Shown here: positions 23,633-35,417 of the stretch, in pieces
How the letters are laid out: every line of letters begins with the position of its first letter
Position numbering within the stretch: the stretch's first letter is position 1
DNA from: Utricularia gibba
Taxonomy: Eukaryota; Plantae; Magnoliophyta
DNA length: 64,000 nucleotides
Direction: 5' to 3'
Assembly: GCA_002189035.1 (NCBI GenBank)
Contig: NEEC01000002.1
Span: 1,240,001-1,304,000, forward strand
Program-made: the position numbers and the translations under genes
Notes under the pieces: model-generated
What the model was told of the DNA's origin: nothing
The model's database searches: none
The model's input: only the letters and a program-made list of their open reading frames with translations

Positions 23633-26600
23633 ATGGAAGGCGAAGGGTGTCGCATGTTGGTGCCATTTCAGCTACAGTTGGAGAAACCTCTAGCTTCACA
23701 CGTAATCTTTCGTCATTCTTCTATTCTCGAGTGTGCTTGCGAATGAATCGTACCCTTTGGTTTTTACTCATCATTTTCGTGCGGCAGGTCAATATTGCTG
23801 CATGGAATCCGGAAAAGGATCTTTTTGCTATGGTTACTGAGGATTCTAAGCTACATCTTCATCGGTTCAATTGGCAAAGGCTATGGACTGCCTCCCCGGG
23901 TAAGTTACCAGACTTGCGAGCGAGTGTACAGAATTATTGTTGAAATGGGCTTCCTGTGTGGTTTGTTGTAGTGAGAAAAATAACATCGATTTGTTGGAGG
24001 CCTGATGGTAAAGTGATTGCCGTGGGGCTTGAAGATGGTACCATTTCACTACATGATGTTGAAGTTAGTAGCCTTTGTTTTGTTCTTGGAATTACAATTT
24101 TAGATGCCAGGTTTTATTCTTTTATTTGGAGAGTTTGAATTCTGGTTTCTGGTGATTACCGTTGTAACTTTTTGCTGTAAGTATGAACCAGGATGGGAAG
24201 CTTTTGAAGTCCGTTAAGTTTCATGAAGTTTCTGTTGTATGTCTCAACTGGGAGGAAGACAGTATGCAAGTAATGATATTTTTTTCTCCCCGATGGATGG
24301 CCTTTATGCATTTTTATTTGTTTCCCGAATTCATATCAAGTTTGGCATGACAGAAATTTGGGTGCTTCAATCATACTTTCAATATTCCAGTGTTTCACTT
24401 GTGCTGACTGTATGCTTCTGCATATATTGGGGTTTAGGATGAAAAGCATCTTAGACAAATTTATGAAGACCGTACCGCTCGATTTTTTCCATCTGCTCCT
24501 CAAGCTCCTGCAAACCCTGGAGTTCTTCCTGCGGACGCTAGTGCCTCTGTTGATGAAAATACTTATTCTTTCTGGGAATTGTTTAATGCTTCACAAGGAC
24601 ACTTTGATATTCTATGCAGTGGAGATATTGATGGAAATGTCTGCTTCAATATTTTCGGCATATTCCCCATTGGAAAAGTTGTAAGTTGGTTAACATCTCA
24701 ACAGAAATTTTGTAGGTTGCCATGCTAATGTAATTTGGATTCATATTTCAGAGCATCCGAAACCATAGTTTTCACAATTCTCTTATGGGGAAATTCTCTT
24801 ACAGTCTCAAAGATGCTTCTATCTGCAAGGCAAGTTCATTTTTTAATATATACATTTGCAGCGCGGGCATGTCATGCCTTTGATTATTGTAGTATGTCGT
24901 ATGTTACATTAGGTCGCAATTTCGGCTGATCTTTGTCATATGCTTGTACTGTGTTCTGGCATACTGACCGTAGATGGTTCTGGGAAACTTGATGATCACA
25001 TGCCCCGAATGATATAAATGGTTATCATAGTATGGTACTCAATTGCAATATTTTTCGAGAGAGGTAAATTTATCATTTGAATGCTAATTACTAGATATCA
25101 ATATCACTTTTTGGGATTTACTTCTGTTTTCTTCTATAGGAAAAACGAACTTCACCAGGTTGCCTTGCAGGCTGCCAATGTGGGGCATCTTATTGAAGTT
25201 ATCAGGAGATCCATAGGATGTATGTCTAGTCAATGGTCTGATGCGATGAATACTTATCATGAAAAATTCAATCCTCTCAGCTCCCTAATTGTTGACCATG
25301 GTAATGGTTCTGAAAAAAATAAGCACCCTCAACATTTTGTTTTAATTTTCTCTTCAAATCTCTATGAAAAAAGAAGTGCAGGTCTTGACTCGAGCCCCGA
25401 AGAAGAGTTTCTAAGCTTGTTGGGTGGTGCAAGGACAAGTCCACCAATTCATCAGTTCTTAGTCAGTTCACTTGGGGAAGCAGTACGTTCAACGTTGAGA
25501 AATGTTCTGAAACAAGTGAATTACTGTTTACTAAGTTAAGTTGATTCCCTGGTCCTCAGGGGATCAAAAGGGTGGCAAAGGTTGTTTGCGGTGCTGGAAA
25601 GGAGCTTCAGATGATTGCCCTTCAGCATCTGCAGGTACCAACCTTGATAATTGCTATTATGTTCGCAAATGTTATATTTTCTTCGCCATGAACTTTCCAG
25701 TTTTTCATCCATTCACATAGTTTAACCACTTTTTAGCCGGCTGCCGAAATTATTGCCTTTCGATTGGGAGAACTCAGGGGCCTATCAAAATGGAGAACTC
25801 GTTTTTGCAGCATTGGCTTAGATGAGAATCTAATCAATACTGCAACTGAAGAAGCAGGGATGCTGCTTGTACAAACTGAAAGGTTTACCAGGATTTTGGC
25901 ATCAGTGGTTCAGCAGGTAGCTATGCCAACATTCAGCGTCTTCAACCATTTTCTTATTTTCCAGTTTTCCCTTTTAGCTCTGAAAATACAAATTTCTTTC
26001 CAGTTCTCAAATTTTTTCAACTGGCTCCTTATGTGCGTGAAGCTTCTGATGTCTGAACCTAGTGATCAACTTCTGCCATTTAGTAGGTGGGCCGATACTA
26101 ATCTTCATTCTAGTATATCAACCATCCACCTCCTCAAAACTTGATGACCGTTACACTGTCTGCAGTGAGCTAGTGATAATATTCCTCAAGTTTCTCTACA
26201 ACCAAGATCCTGTAGGTCTATTGCTGCAAGATCTTGAATCCGGTCCACACATTGAAGTAGACTTGTAAGTCATTGTATTCATTTGCATAGACACCCAAGG
26301 CCTAAGCAAGCCCCTAGAAGATAGGCGTTCATTTATCCTGTCCTTTTCTTGTTGTAGCGATCTTTGTTTCTCCCTTTGACTCTTGTGCCACCGATGCTCT
26401 GTGCCTTTCCGATAATCATTTCTTTACATGTTCTGGAGAAACATTCTAACATTTTCTAATATCTAATAAAAGAGAAACAGCACAGCGGGTGGATGAATTG
26501 GTTCATTTTGGAGGCTTTCCAGATTCTACGTACTTGAAAAGAACACTAGCAAAAGAATTTTCGCAGCTAGAGTCTTGGTATGTGCCTCTTCTCCCTTCGC

Positions 26601-27777
26601 ACTTTTTCCAAGAATGCAGATTATCTGATGAATGACATTGTTAAATTCTTCTAGCTTCAAGGAGGCAATGAGGGTACCACTAGCCACTGTCTCCAGAAAT
26701 ATACTTTGCCAAGATTTGTTGCCGCTTTTCTCGGTATCAACATCGTTAGGTTTCAAGCTCCCCTGTTTTCCAGCATCATCAATTTCTTATTTCCAGGTAC
26801 TTGGTAATCCTCAGTGAATATTGCCAACTAAGTGATTCTCATTCTATTTACATTTCACTCTTGAATATCACAAATGCTCCCCTTTAATCTCATTTTTGCA
26901 AATGTGTTTGCAGGAAGCTTCCAGTGCAGCTTCAGATAACAGAGCCACCCAGCAGAAGCTTACTGATTATACTTGTTTTGTGGTACCTGATACGGCATTT
27001 TCGAACATGAAAAACTGCATCTGCATCATAAGGGGACTTGTACACGATCTTGAAACCTTCAAAAACGGCAACAACTCCTTAGAGTTTGCTGTATTACGTT
27101 CCCCTGATGGCTATCGATGCGAGGACCTCTCCTTGTACAAAGTAAGTATTGATGCACTGGCATCTCTGTCGCTTCACCAAGATTTATAATTCTGAATCCT
27201 TTTTCTTAAACCAGGAAGAACAAATTGTTCTGCTACTGAATGAAGTGGATATGGCCAACAAGAGCTCGGGGAATTCTTGCGTGATGATGGTGCGAGCAGC
27301 TGATTTCACATTTGTGCCTATCACAAGAGCCTCCATCCACAGCCCTTTTGATCTCTTTGAAAATCAGGTACTAGGGAAACCGATTCCAGAGAACTTAGTC
27401 GAGAAACAGCGATGGGGCTGCGTTGCATCGCCCGCTACTGCATACTAATCTACTGATCATCCTTCAGGTTTCTGCTCTACGTCTGGTGCTGGAAAATGAG
27501 AAATCTAGGATCATTCCTCACAAAGCAGTTGCTCCTCTGGCAGTCAGTGGTGAGTGCTTCCTCTCCTAGCTATCCATCAACTTGCGCTATAATCAAATTT
27601 TTCCAACCATGGCTCGACTTCGAGTTGAGTTTTGATATGTTAAATGAAACTCAAGTTTTTTCTCTCCCTGCTTCAGCATCCAGAGGCGTAGGCTGCGTTT
27701 TTAGCGCAAGGAAACGAGCGTTAGTTTTCATTCTGGAGGAAGATGAGGACGAAGAGGAAGCAGCAGATTCGGAATAG
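23633..27777 (+). CDS. APC4: Anaphase-promoting complex subunit 4; many exons; frameshift at 25003-25006
   Basis: [113 protein letters not shown] and [26 protein letters not shown]. Confidence 0.95.
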
Positions 27778-28058
27778 ATAAGAGCTGCAGGTCAGCTGGT
27801 GCACCTGTAATTCAACTTCAGTGTGTCTGTAGCAGGGGAGTTGTATTTGACATGGGAATACGTTGAATTAGCAGCGTGTTTCACATATAATCTGCATTGA
27901 AGCTCCGCTGTGACTTGCCGATTAGTACAACAAAATCATTAGGCATAGAATTAATCACTGATGGTGCGATGGATTGTGCTTCTTTTGCATGGGACTAGGA
28001 AACCGGATCATGCTATCATTGATGTCTTCTAGCTACAAGAACAAAGGCACAAGCGTAC

Positions 28059-29539
28059 CTAGCGCTTATTGTTCTTCCTCTTGCCCAACCTTTTATCCTT
28101 CTTGCTGTGTGTTTTTTTGGGGGTCGCTTCCTCGGTGCCTTCTTCGCCTGCTTCCTCCTCGTCAACGCAACCTTCGGTTTGCTCTTCTCGGGATCCAATC
28201 TTGTTGAACCCCATTTTTCGTCAGGAGAATCTTTTTCCATGCCAATATTGCTGGTAGTCACCATGACTTGCACATCGCCAGTGTCGTAAGTCACCGTCCT
28301 TCAAATAGGAAACAAATTTGAGAAACATGCAAATCCTTGTACCCCATGTAATTTATCTCAAAGAAGCAGCCGCCATGCAAATAATATGGACATGTGGGTA
28401 ACTAGCTGTGCAGGTCATGTGGAATTTATGATCCACTGGTCGAACTGTTTTCCCCTTCAAATATGAAATTCTTTAAGGATTATTTACCAATCTGCTTACT
28501 CAACTTCTTCTAAGCCACTACAGATAAATCAATTCTGAATAACATTTCATAAAGAAAGCAGCTTCATAAATAAAGGATCACACCAGAAAAGTGTTATTTC
28601 TAAGGAGGTGTTGCTATGGTACACTGACCCCTAGAAGGAAAAAGAAACAGTTACAGTGTTAAGAGCTGATAACTAATAGGGTGTCATCATCGTCGCATAA
28701 TGTCAAAAAACAAACTCAAAAAAAAATAATCATGGGCAATGATCATCAGTTATCACCAAACACATCCACATATTATTCCAAAGCACATACAAAAACAATG
28801 GAATACGGGAAAAAGAATGAATGCAACCACAACTTGATCCCAATTATAAAGATCTCACAACTCCCCGTTGTGAAACATATGCAACACAAATACAAGTCGT
28901 GCAGAATGTGCCACTGGCGCGCGCTTCAAGCACTGACAAATGAACCTATTACCTGAAACAGTTGGAAGTTCTTCACCTTCCTCATCAACCTCATCTTCAT
29001 ACTCAGCAGTTTCTCCATCTGGATCAGGGGGAGGAGCGGTACCATAGACAGAATCCCTTTCTAGTTTCCTCTGAAATTCGGCATACCAGCAACGCAGATG
29101 TAAGGGAACTGCCAATAAATGCACTACAGACAGAAATATTAAGCCATGCTTGCTTTTACACTTCAGCATTGTTTTTAAACGAAGTAAAGATCCACTTATA
29201 TGCAGCAGAGCTTTCTGCATCGCGCCTAAGGCAGAAGCAAACCTTTTTCCGAAGCTCAATTCGCTTCTTACGTGCTGCTTCTTCCTGCTTCAGTATGGCC
29301 TCCCTTCTCCTCTTCTTCTTCCTCTTGTGGAAACCATCCACGAAATCCCTAAGAACCAAACGCAGGTATCAGCAACCCTAGCAAACACAAATCACGCAAA
29401 AAGAAACCACACACTTGAGATCTTTCTCATTGAAAGGCACGGTGAGAGATTTGTTCTTAAGACTCCTCTTCTTTATATGCGGAGTTCGGCCACTGATCAT
29501 CCCCGCGCCACCGTCTTCCGCCGCGACCGACTCATCCAT
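28059..29539 (-). CDS. Ribosomal RNA-processing protein 17 / nucleolar protein 12 (Nop25 domain); probable frameshift at 28112-28118
   Basis: TPHIKKRSLKNKSLTVPFNEKDL|RDFVDGFHKRKKKRRREAILKQEEAARKKRIELRKK, an acidic linker, TYDTGDVQVMVTT and a Lys-rich tail. The end coordinate assumes the repaired frame (TAG 28059-28061). Confidence 0.85.
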
Positions 29540-30581
29540 AAGTGCTTCCTTTCTAGAGGTTTCAGAGCTTCGACCAATTGTACTGTACAAACCACCAAAG
29601 ACTATTAATAACGAAAACCCAATTCAGGCCCAAGCTCATCTAAGCCCATTAATTTATACACCTCCCTTCCCATGCTTCTATTATACTATTATTCCATTGT
29701 CAAATTATTGAAGCTTAATTTCTTTTTTTGAGATTAATTAAAATAATTTTCAAAAAAAAGTTTATCTGGATAGAATGGTATGCCGTTTTAAATCTTCTAA
29801 ACCATTTAGGCTATATTTTGCATGTATTCTCATTTCTTTCGTTTTCAAAATGAGAAAATTAATAGAATCCAACTATTTCTTATTATTTAGAATGTAAATA
29901 AAAATTCCTATTATAAAAATAGCATATTCATAAAAAATAAAATCTATTTATCAAATATATTTTGATATGAATCCCAATCATATAATAAAGTTGTCTTATT
30001 TTGGATAAAGTGAGTTGACTGAAACGTAACTGAGATCAATGTGACCCCAAAACGGTGGACGTGGGGAGACAAATAGACGGTTTTTTTTTTGGCACAATGT
30101 TTTGTAGTGATAGGGCAATAAAGAAATAGATGGGGTTGCTGAGTAGGATTCCCGTCATTGTGGCGTGGGTCTCCCGATAAGGATAAAGCCTTCACTTTTC
30201 CCTCCTCCGAGTAAACTTGCCAGATTAATTATTCCGAAAGCGACAATTTAATTATTAAAATATATTCCAAAAGTGCCAAATTGTTTTGTACTTTATTTGC
30301 CCAAAACCTTAGATTGGCAGTTTTATCTAGTTTTGGTATTACTAAAAAAAGGCATAAAATCACGTGGAAAATGTTGTTCAAATCTTGAGTTAGATTTAGT
30401 AATTAAGAGGGATTGTTTTTTACTTCAGACTGATGAGTTTTTTTATTTATGAAAAGTTAAAAAAAAAAAAGAGGGTCGAATGGATAATGTTGCCACGTCA
30501 CATCACGAGGGGGCTATAAGAATCCGCATCTCCCACCCCGGAGGTCTTCATTCCCATTTCATTTTCTTTCGAGTTGCAGAG

Positions 30582-31549
30582 ATGTTGTGTGTGTTCAAGA
30601 ACGGCGTTGTGAGGGCTCCCAAGGAGCTTCAGATCCCGGAGTTCGGGCGCATGAGTCTCAAGGACTCTGAGCAAACTCTCAAGGACTTCTTGGCTGCGGA
30701 TCCCCTCAGCGCCCTGTCTTTTCAGTTCGGCGATAATGGCTTCCTAGGGTTTTCCCCTAATCAAACAAGGTACGGATTTCACCTGCTCCCGAGCTTCCAC
30801 CTTCTGGTTGGCTTACAGCGGACTGAATTGATTATGCAGGCTGTTCTGCGGTGTGAATGATGTGTACTGTGTGTTCGTTGGGAGGCTGAACAACCTTAGT
30901 GCACTGAACAAGCAGTACGGGCTCTCCAAGGGCGCCAACGAGGCCAATTTCATCATCGAGGCTTACTGCACCCTGCGTGACCGGAATCCCTTCCCGGCGC
31001 ATCGCGTTCTCCAGGAACTAGAAGGAAGATTCGGCTTCGTCGTGTACGATCACAAAGCCGGAACGGTCTTCGCTGCTGCTGTAAGTATTTTCAGTGCTCC
31101 CATGGATGTTGCAGTTGCGAATTGAATTCTCTGACCTCCAATTGCGGTCTGCGCACAGGACGCGGATAGGGAGGTGAACCTGCTGTGGGGAATAACCGCA
31201 GATGGCGGTGTGATGATCACAGACCAAAAGGATCTAATCAAAGCGAGCTGCGGCAAATCCTTTGCCCCATTCCCTGCAGGTATGGTGTAAAAACATCAAC
31301 GAATAGAAAAGGGATACCAAGGGGGTGAAATGAGCTAAAAGAATGGAAATTGCAGGGTGCATGTACCACAGTGAAATAGGGCTGATCAGCTATGAGCATC
31401 CGAGGAAGGAGATGAAGGCCGTACCGAGAATCGACAGCCAAGGTGCAATAGCAGGGGCTTGTTTTGCAGTCGACGTGATGTGCTCCAAGATGACCAACAG
31501 CTCAATTCCAAGAATTGGGAGTGAAGCAAATTGGTCTAACTGGAGCTAG
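30582..31549 (+). CDS. Stem-specific protein TSJT1-like / Wali7 / DUF3700 (Ntn-hydrolase-like fold)
   Basis: MLCVFKNGVVRAPKEL, LNKQYGLSKGANEANFIIEAYCTLRDRNPFP, LEGRFGFVVYD, LLWGITADGGV, KASCGKSFAPFPAGCMYHS and SYEHPRKEMKAVPRIDSQG. Confidence 0.92.
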
Positions 31550-32004
31550 AAGCAGGAGCAACCGCTGTGTTCAGTACTAACTAAACTCTACGGGCATTGC
31601 CTTCTTGCTATGTATGCGTCTGTCTTCAACTTCCATGTGAATCTTGATATCACAAAAGCAGTTTAAAACTTCAAACATAACCAAAACAAGATGGCACCAT
31701 CTTTTTCCATTACCATAGATGTTCTTTGAACAACGAGACAGCGAAGAATCAATAAGTGACACTTGAAGCAAAGTGAACACATGAAAAACAACCATGCAAC
31801 ATGTATATTCCAAAAGATCCTAAAAGAATCAAGGAACCAAGGCTAATTCTCTAGGATGAAGGGAAGTAACATTTTACAGTTACAGGACCAGCGGAGCATA
31901 GCCGAAGTTACCCTTGGAAGGACATCGAACACAATGCTTTCCCTTCCCGTTGCCACTTATCATGATCTTCCACAAAGAATAAACCAAAGAACTCCATGAG
32001 CTAA

Positions 32005-35000
32005 TCACTCCGCGTCCACAAATATCTGAAGCATTGACAAATGAAGTATGAGGTAAGGGACGCAACATAATAGTTTGCAGTGGGTGCACATCAAATTTGA
32101 AGCTAACCTCCAATTCCAGTAGGGGTCATAAGTTTTCTTCTCTATTATGTCAAATATCGTAATGCCACTGATTTTTTGAATCCCAGGCTTCGTAGCTATC
32201 AGATTCTGCAGCCAAACAGCCATATTTAAAAAATAAAACTAGAGGAAAGGAGGTGAGATTGATGGAAGAAACTCCAAATTCCGCGGGATGCATTAAAGCT
32301 ACAGCAGTAAACGAATCATATAAACTGACCATCTGAAACTTCAACGAGCTTAGCGCTTGCACCTCTCCAAGGGTCTGCAGAAAAGTTTGTCTTAAATGCT
32401 TAACTGATGGAGGTTTGCAACCCTAAACTGATAGAAACTATAATTTCCAAACAAAAACATCACGCCAGACCGGCATGAGAAGCATTCGCATAAGCATAAT
32501 CAAGTTTTGGTTAAGAAATTTCCGTCCTCTCACCATGGACTGAAAACCGTTGACCACTATAGCTTTGTCATCTAGCGAATTATCACCTTGGGAAACCCAT
32601 ACTTCAAATGGCCCCAGTACTCGGTCAGTCAAGTTCAGAAGATCTAGACTCACCTGTAAAATGATGGTGACACATTAACTTAGGACACCATCAACAGACA
32701 CTATATTGACCATCAAAGGCAAATTCAGTCAAAATTATGCCACTATCCAAGAAAAATGTTCCGCCACAATGATTTTCATAATCATGTAATTTGTAAAATG
32801 AGTTTGATCGTTACCGTGAAAGGAGTTTGGAAGACAATGACGGGAGGTATCTCCACAGTCTGGAGTTCAATCTCCTTGCGTGTAATGGGCTGAGCAAACA
32901 AGAATTTAGTAGTCAAAAAATACGAAATATGAATCAAGAACAGAGATGTGATCATCCTAGGGGGAACTACGAAATAGTGGGTAAATGTATATTGGGAAGA
33001 TAAATCCGGTACAGTGAACACTTTTCAAATTAAAGAAATAAAACAGGAGCAGTTTTACAGCCTGCTATGGTGAAAATCCTGAACATCAAACAAATCTCTC
33101 AATGAAGAGAGCAGAGAAAAGAGAGGTGAATTGTCTTACATTGCCAAGTATTTGCTGTGTTTGCAAGCGGCCAGGCTCACCTAGATTTGTTCTCCAGGTG
33201 ATCTGAAGCTTTCCGAGAACGTTATTTCCCCCTATCTTTGACTGCAAACTTTCAGGTGACGATGATTTCAACTGATAGAGATAATTATACATTCCTTCTC
33301 CAGATCTGATGAGAATAGGTTCCTCGATTGGTTCCCTGCCGGTACAATAGGGAAACAAAGAAAACAAAAGGCAAAACAAAAAACGGGCAAATGACTTAGA
33401 AACATATGCCTAAAAAAGAATTACAGCAATAAAAAATTTTTAATAAATAAAAGGAATAGAGAAACTACCCATCAGGAAATTCCCCCCAGAAGAAGGATCA
33501 CCGATTTTCAACATTGATGCGCTCCATTGCTGAGTTGGTTCAAACTCAACTTGGTCTAAGTAAAGATTTGATTTTGTATGATTTTCTATACAAGCCTCCA
33601 AAAATGTTATGTCCTGAGAAGAATGACCAACCATTATAAAAGTGGGCGTGAAAGAATCGAAAAAAAGGGCAGCAAAATTTTAAAGATTGTAAAATTGCAG
33701 GGAGGAACAGCAACACCCTTCGTGTGCTTTTTCACATGCACAACTATAATAGAAACTAGAAAAACTTACACATAGTGAAACCATAAGCGCACATCAACGT
33801 ACCTTAACACTGCGAACCTGCACAAGATGTAAAGATGTAAGGATATAGTGGGCTGAAGATAACAGAGAGTAAATAGGTGCATGAGAAATTCAATCCATTA
33901 CATTTGGAAATAAAAATGAAAAACATGAGAAAACTACCTTAGTCCTAACAGATAGGGGGTTAGAAACAATGAACTTGAAGAATTGTGGAAGATACTTCCT
34001 TTCGCCATCACCATCAGAGTAAAGAGCAGTGCATACCAAGCTGACAAGTAGTAACAAAGACAAATTGGTGAATAGCCCATCACACCAAATAAGAATAACA
34101 TGCAAGATAAACACACTTACCAAATTGATTCAAGAAAATCAGGAGTTTAAAAGATAATTCTGAATAAACCGTTGCAAAAAAAAACAATTTTTCCTCTGCC
34201 ATTTTGTGAAAAATCCATTCTGACTGCGGTTGAGCAGTAAACATTATACCATATGGTTTTCAATGAAAATACTGTTTTGAACCATTGGGCTTACGTGTGT
34301 GCACCAAGCTCTTTCACATCATGGTCGACGATGAAATCATAACGTCCACCTGCGCGTATGGATTCAACGGGCGACTTCGACGTATCTAGAAGCAGTATCC
34401 TCTGCCTTTCCGTTTGAATTTCAGCCTATCAATATGACACGGGTTAAAATATGGATATGAAACTTAAGGAAAATGCGGATCTTCACAGATGCTTAAGCAC
34501 GTTCTGGAAAATAAAAATTACCTTAATCACAATATCCCGGACCTCAAAAGTCGAGCTATTGTTGATACTTACGTAGCTGCAGAACGTCTCCCCCAAGTAT
34601 ATCGCCCTAATAATGCAAAACAAGGCCAACGAAACTAAGGGAAAAACGAAATCGTCATTCCAATCAGACAACAGCTAACCGGATCTCGACAAAGCAGTAT
34701 CATCTATTCAACCTGATGCCCAAACTCCAAAAACGCAATACGAAAGCATGAAACGACGACGCATACCCAAAAGACTGGGGTAGGACAAGGAGGCCGGAAA
34801 GTCCGATAGAGTCACTGGGATGCTGAAGAAGAAATCTGTTGCGGTAGGTGAGATCCAAGGGATCATCTAAACTATCACTCGATTGACCGACAAGAAGGCG
34901 AGGAAGATTTGAAGCAGCAACCGGATCATCGAAGAGGTCCTCGCCGAAAAGAAGGTCACATGGATCGAATTTCAATGGAGATGTTTCAACGTGTAGCGAC

Positions 35001-35074
35001 GGGCGGCACAAGCGCATCACTCTAAATGCGAGCGAGTGCGAGGCCTGAGCTCCGCCACCGCTGCCGCCGCTCAT
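32005..35074 (-). CDS. TRAPPC13: Trafficking protein particle complex subunit 13; many exons including a 15-nt microexon; two apparent 1-bp deletions
   Basis: HSLAFRVMRLCRPS, GLLVLPQSFG|AIYLGETFCSYVSINN, RKYLPQFFKFIVSNPLSVRTK|VRSVK|DITFLEACIEN, LGKLQITWRTNLGEPGRLQTQQI, NLIATKPGIQKISGIT and IFVDAE*. Confidence 0.93.
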
Positions 35075-35194
35075 CGTGACTGCTCTCGTATCACCGGCGG
35101 CAATGGAGGGGATCGAATTGCGCTATAAACGAAATCGTTTATTTTCCTTATTTCAACAATTTCCTAACGCTTTATTCCAAGTGTACAAAATGTC

Positions 35195-35216
35195 AAAAAA
35201 AAAAAAAAAAAAAAAA
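35195..35216 (+). repeat. Poly(A) tract of 22 nt between the CLC 3' end and the TRAPPC13 start
   Basis: Homopolymer read directly from the sequence. Confidence 0.9.
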
Positions 35217-35417
35217 CTAACCGAACTACAAAACAGTAAACATAAAAATTTACGTGATAAATTGTAATGGATAATTTCAAGCTGAGCATTCGGTTCCACA
35301 AAATGGTTCAACACAGGCAGCAAAGAGCACAGATTTCTACATCCTGACAAGAATACAAAAGGGCAAAAAAGCAGCAATGGAGTTTCTGGTGTTTGAACCA
35401 TCATCAGACGGTGACCA

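Noticed and set aside
28600-28700. C-box-like ATGATGA in the long RRP17 intron (intronic snoRNA?)
   Set aside because: No CTGA D box at a suitable distance on the same strand and no terminal stem seen.
33839-33846. ATATCCTT on the minus strand, resembling a U12 AT-AC donor in TRAPPC13
   Set aside because: It lies inside a normal GT-AG intron upstream of the microexon, and no coding sequence is missing there.
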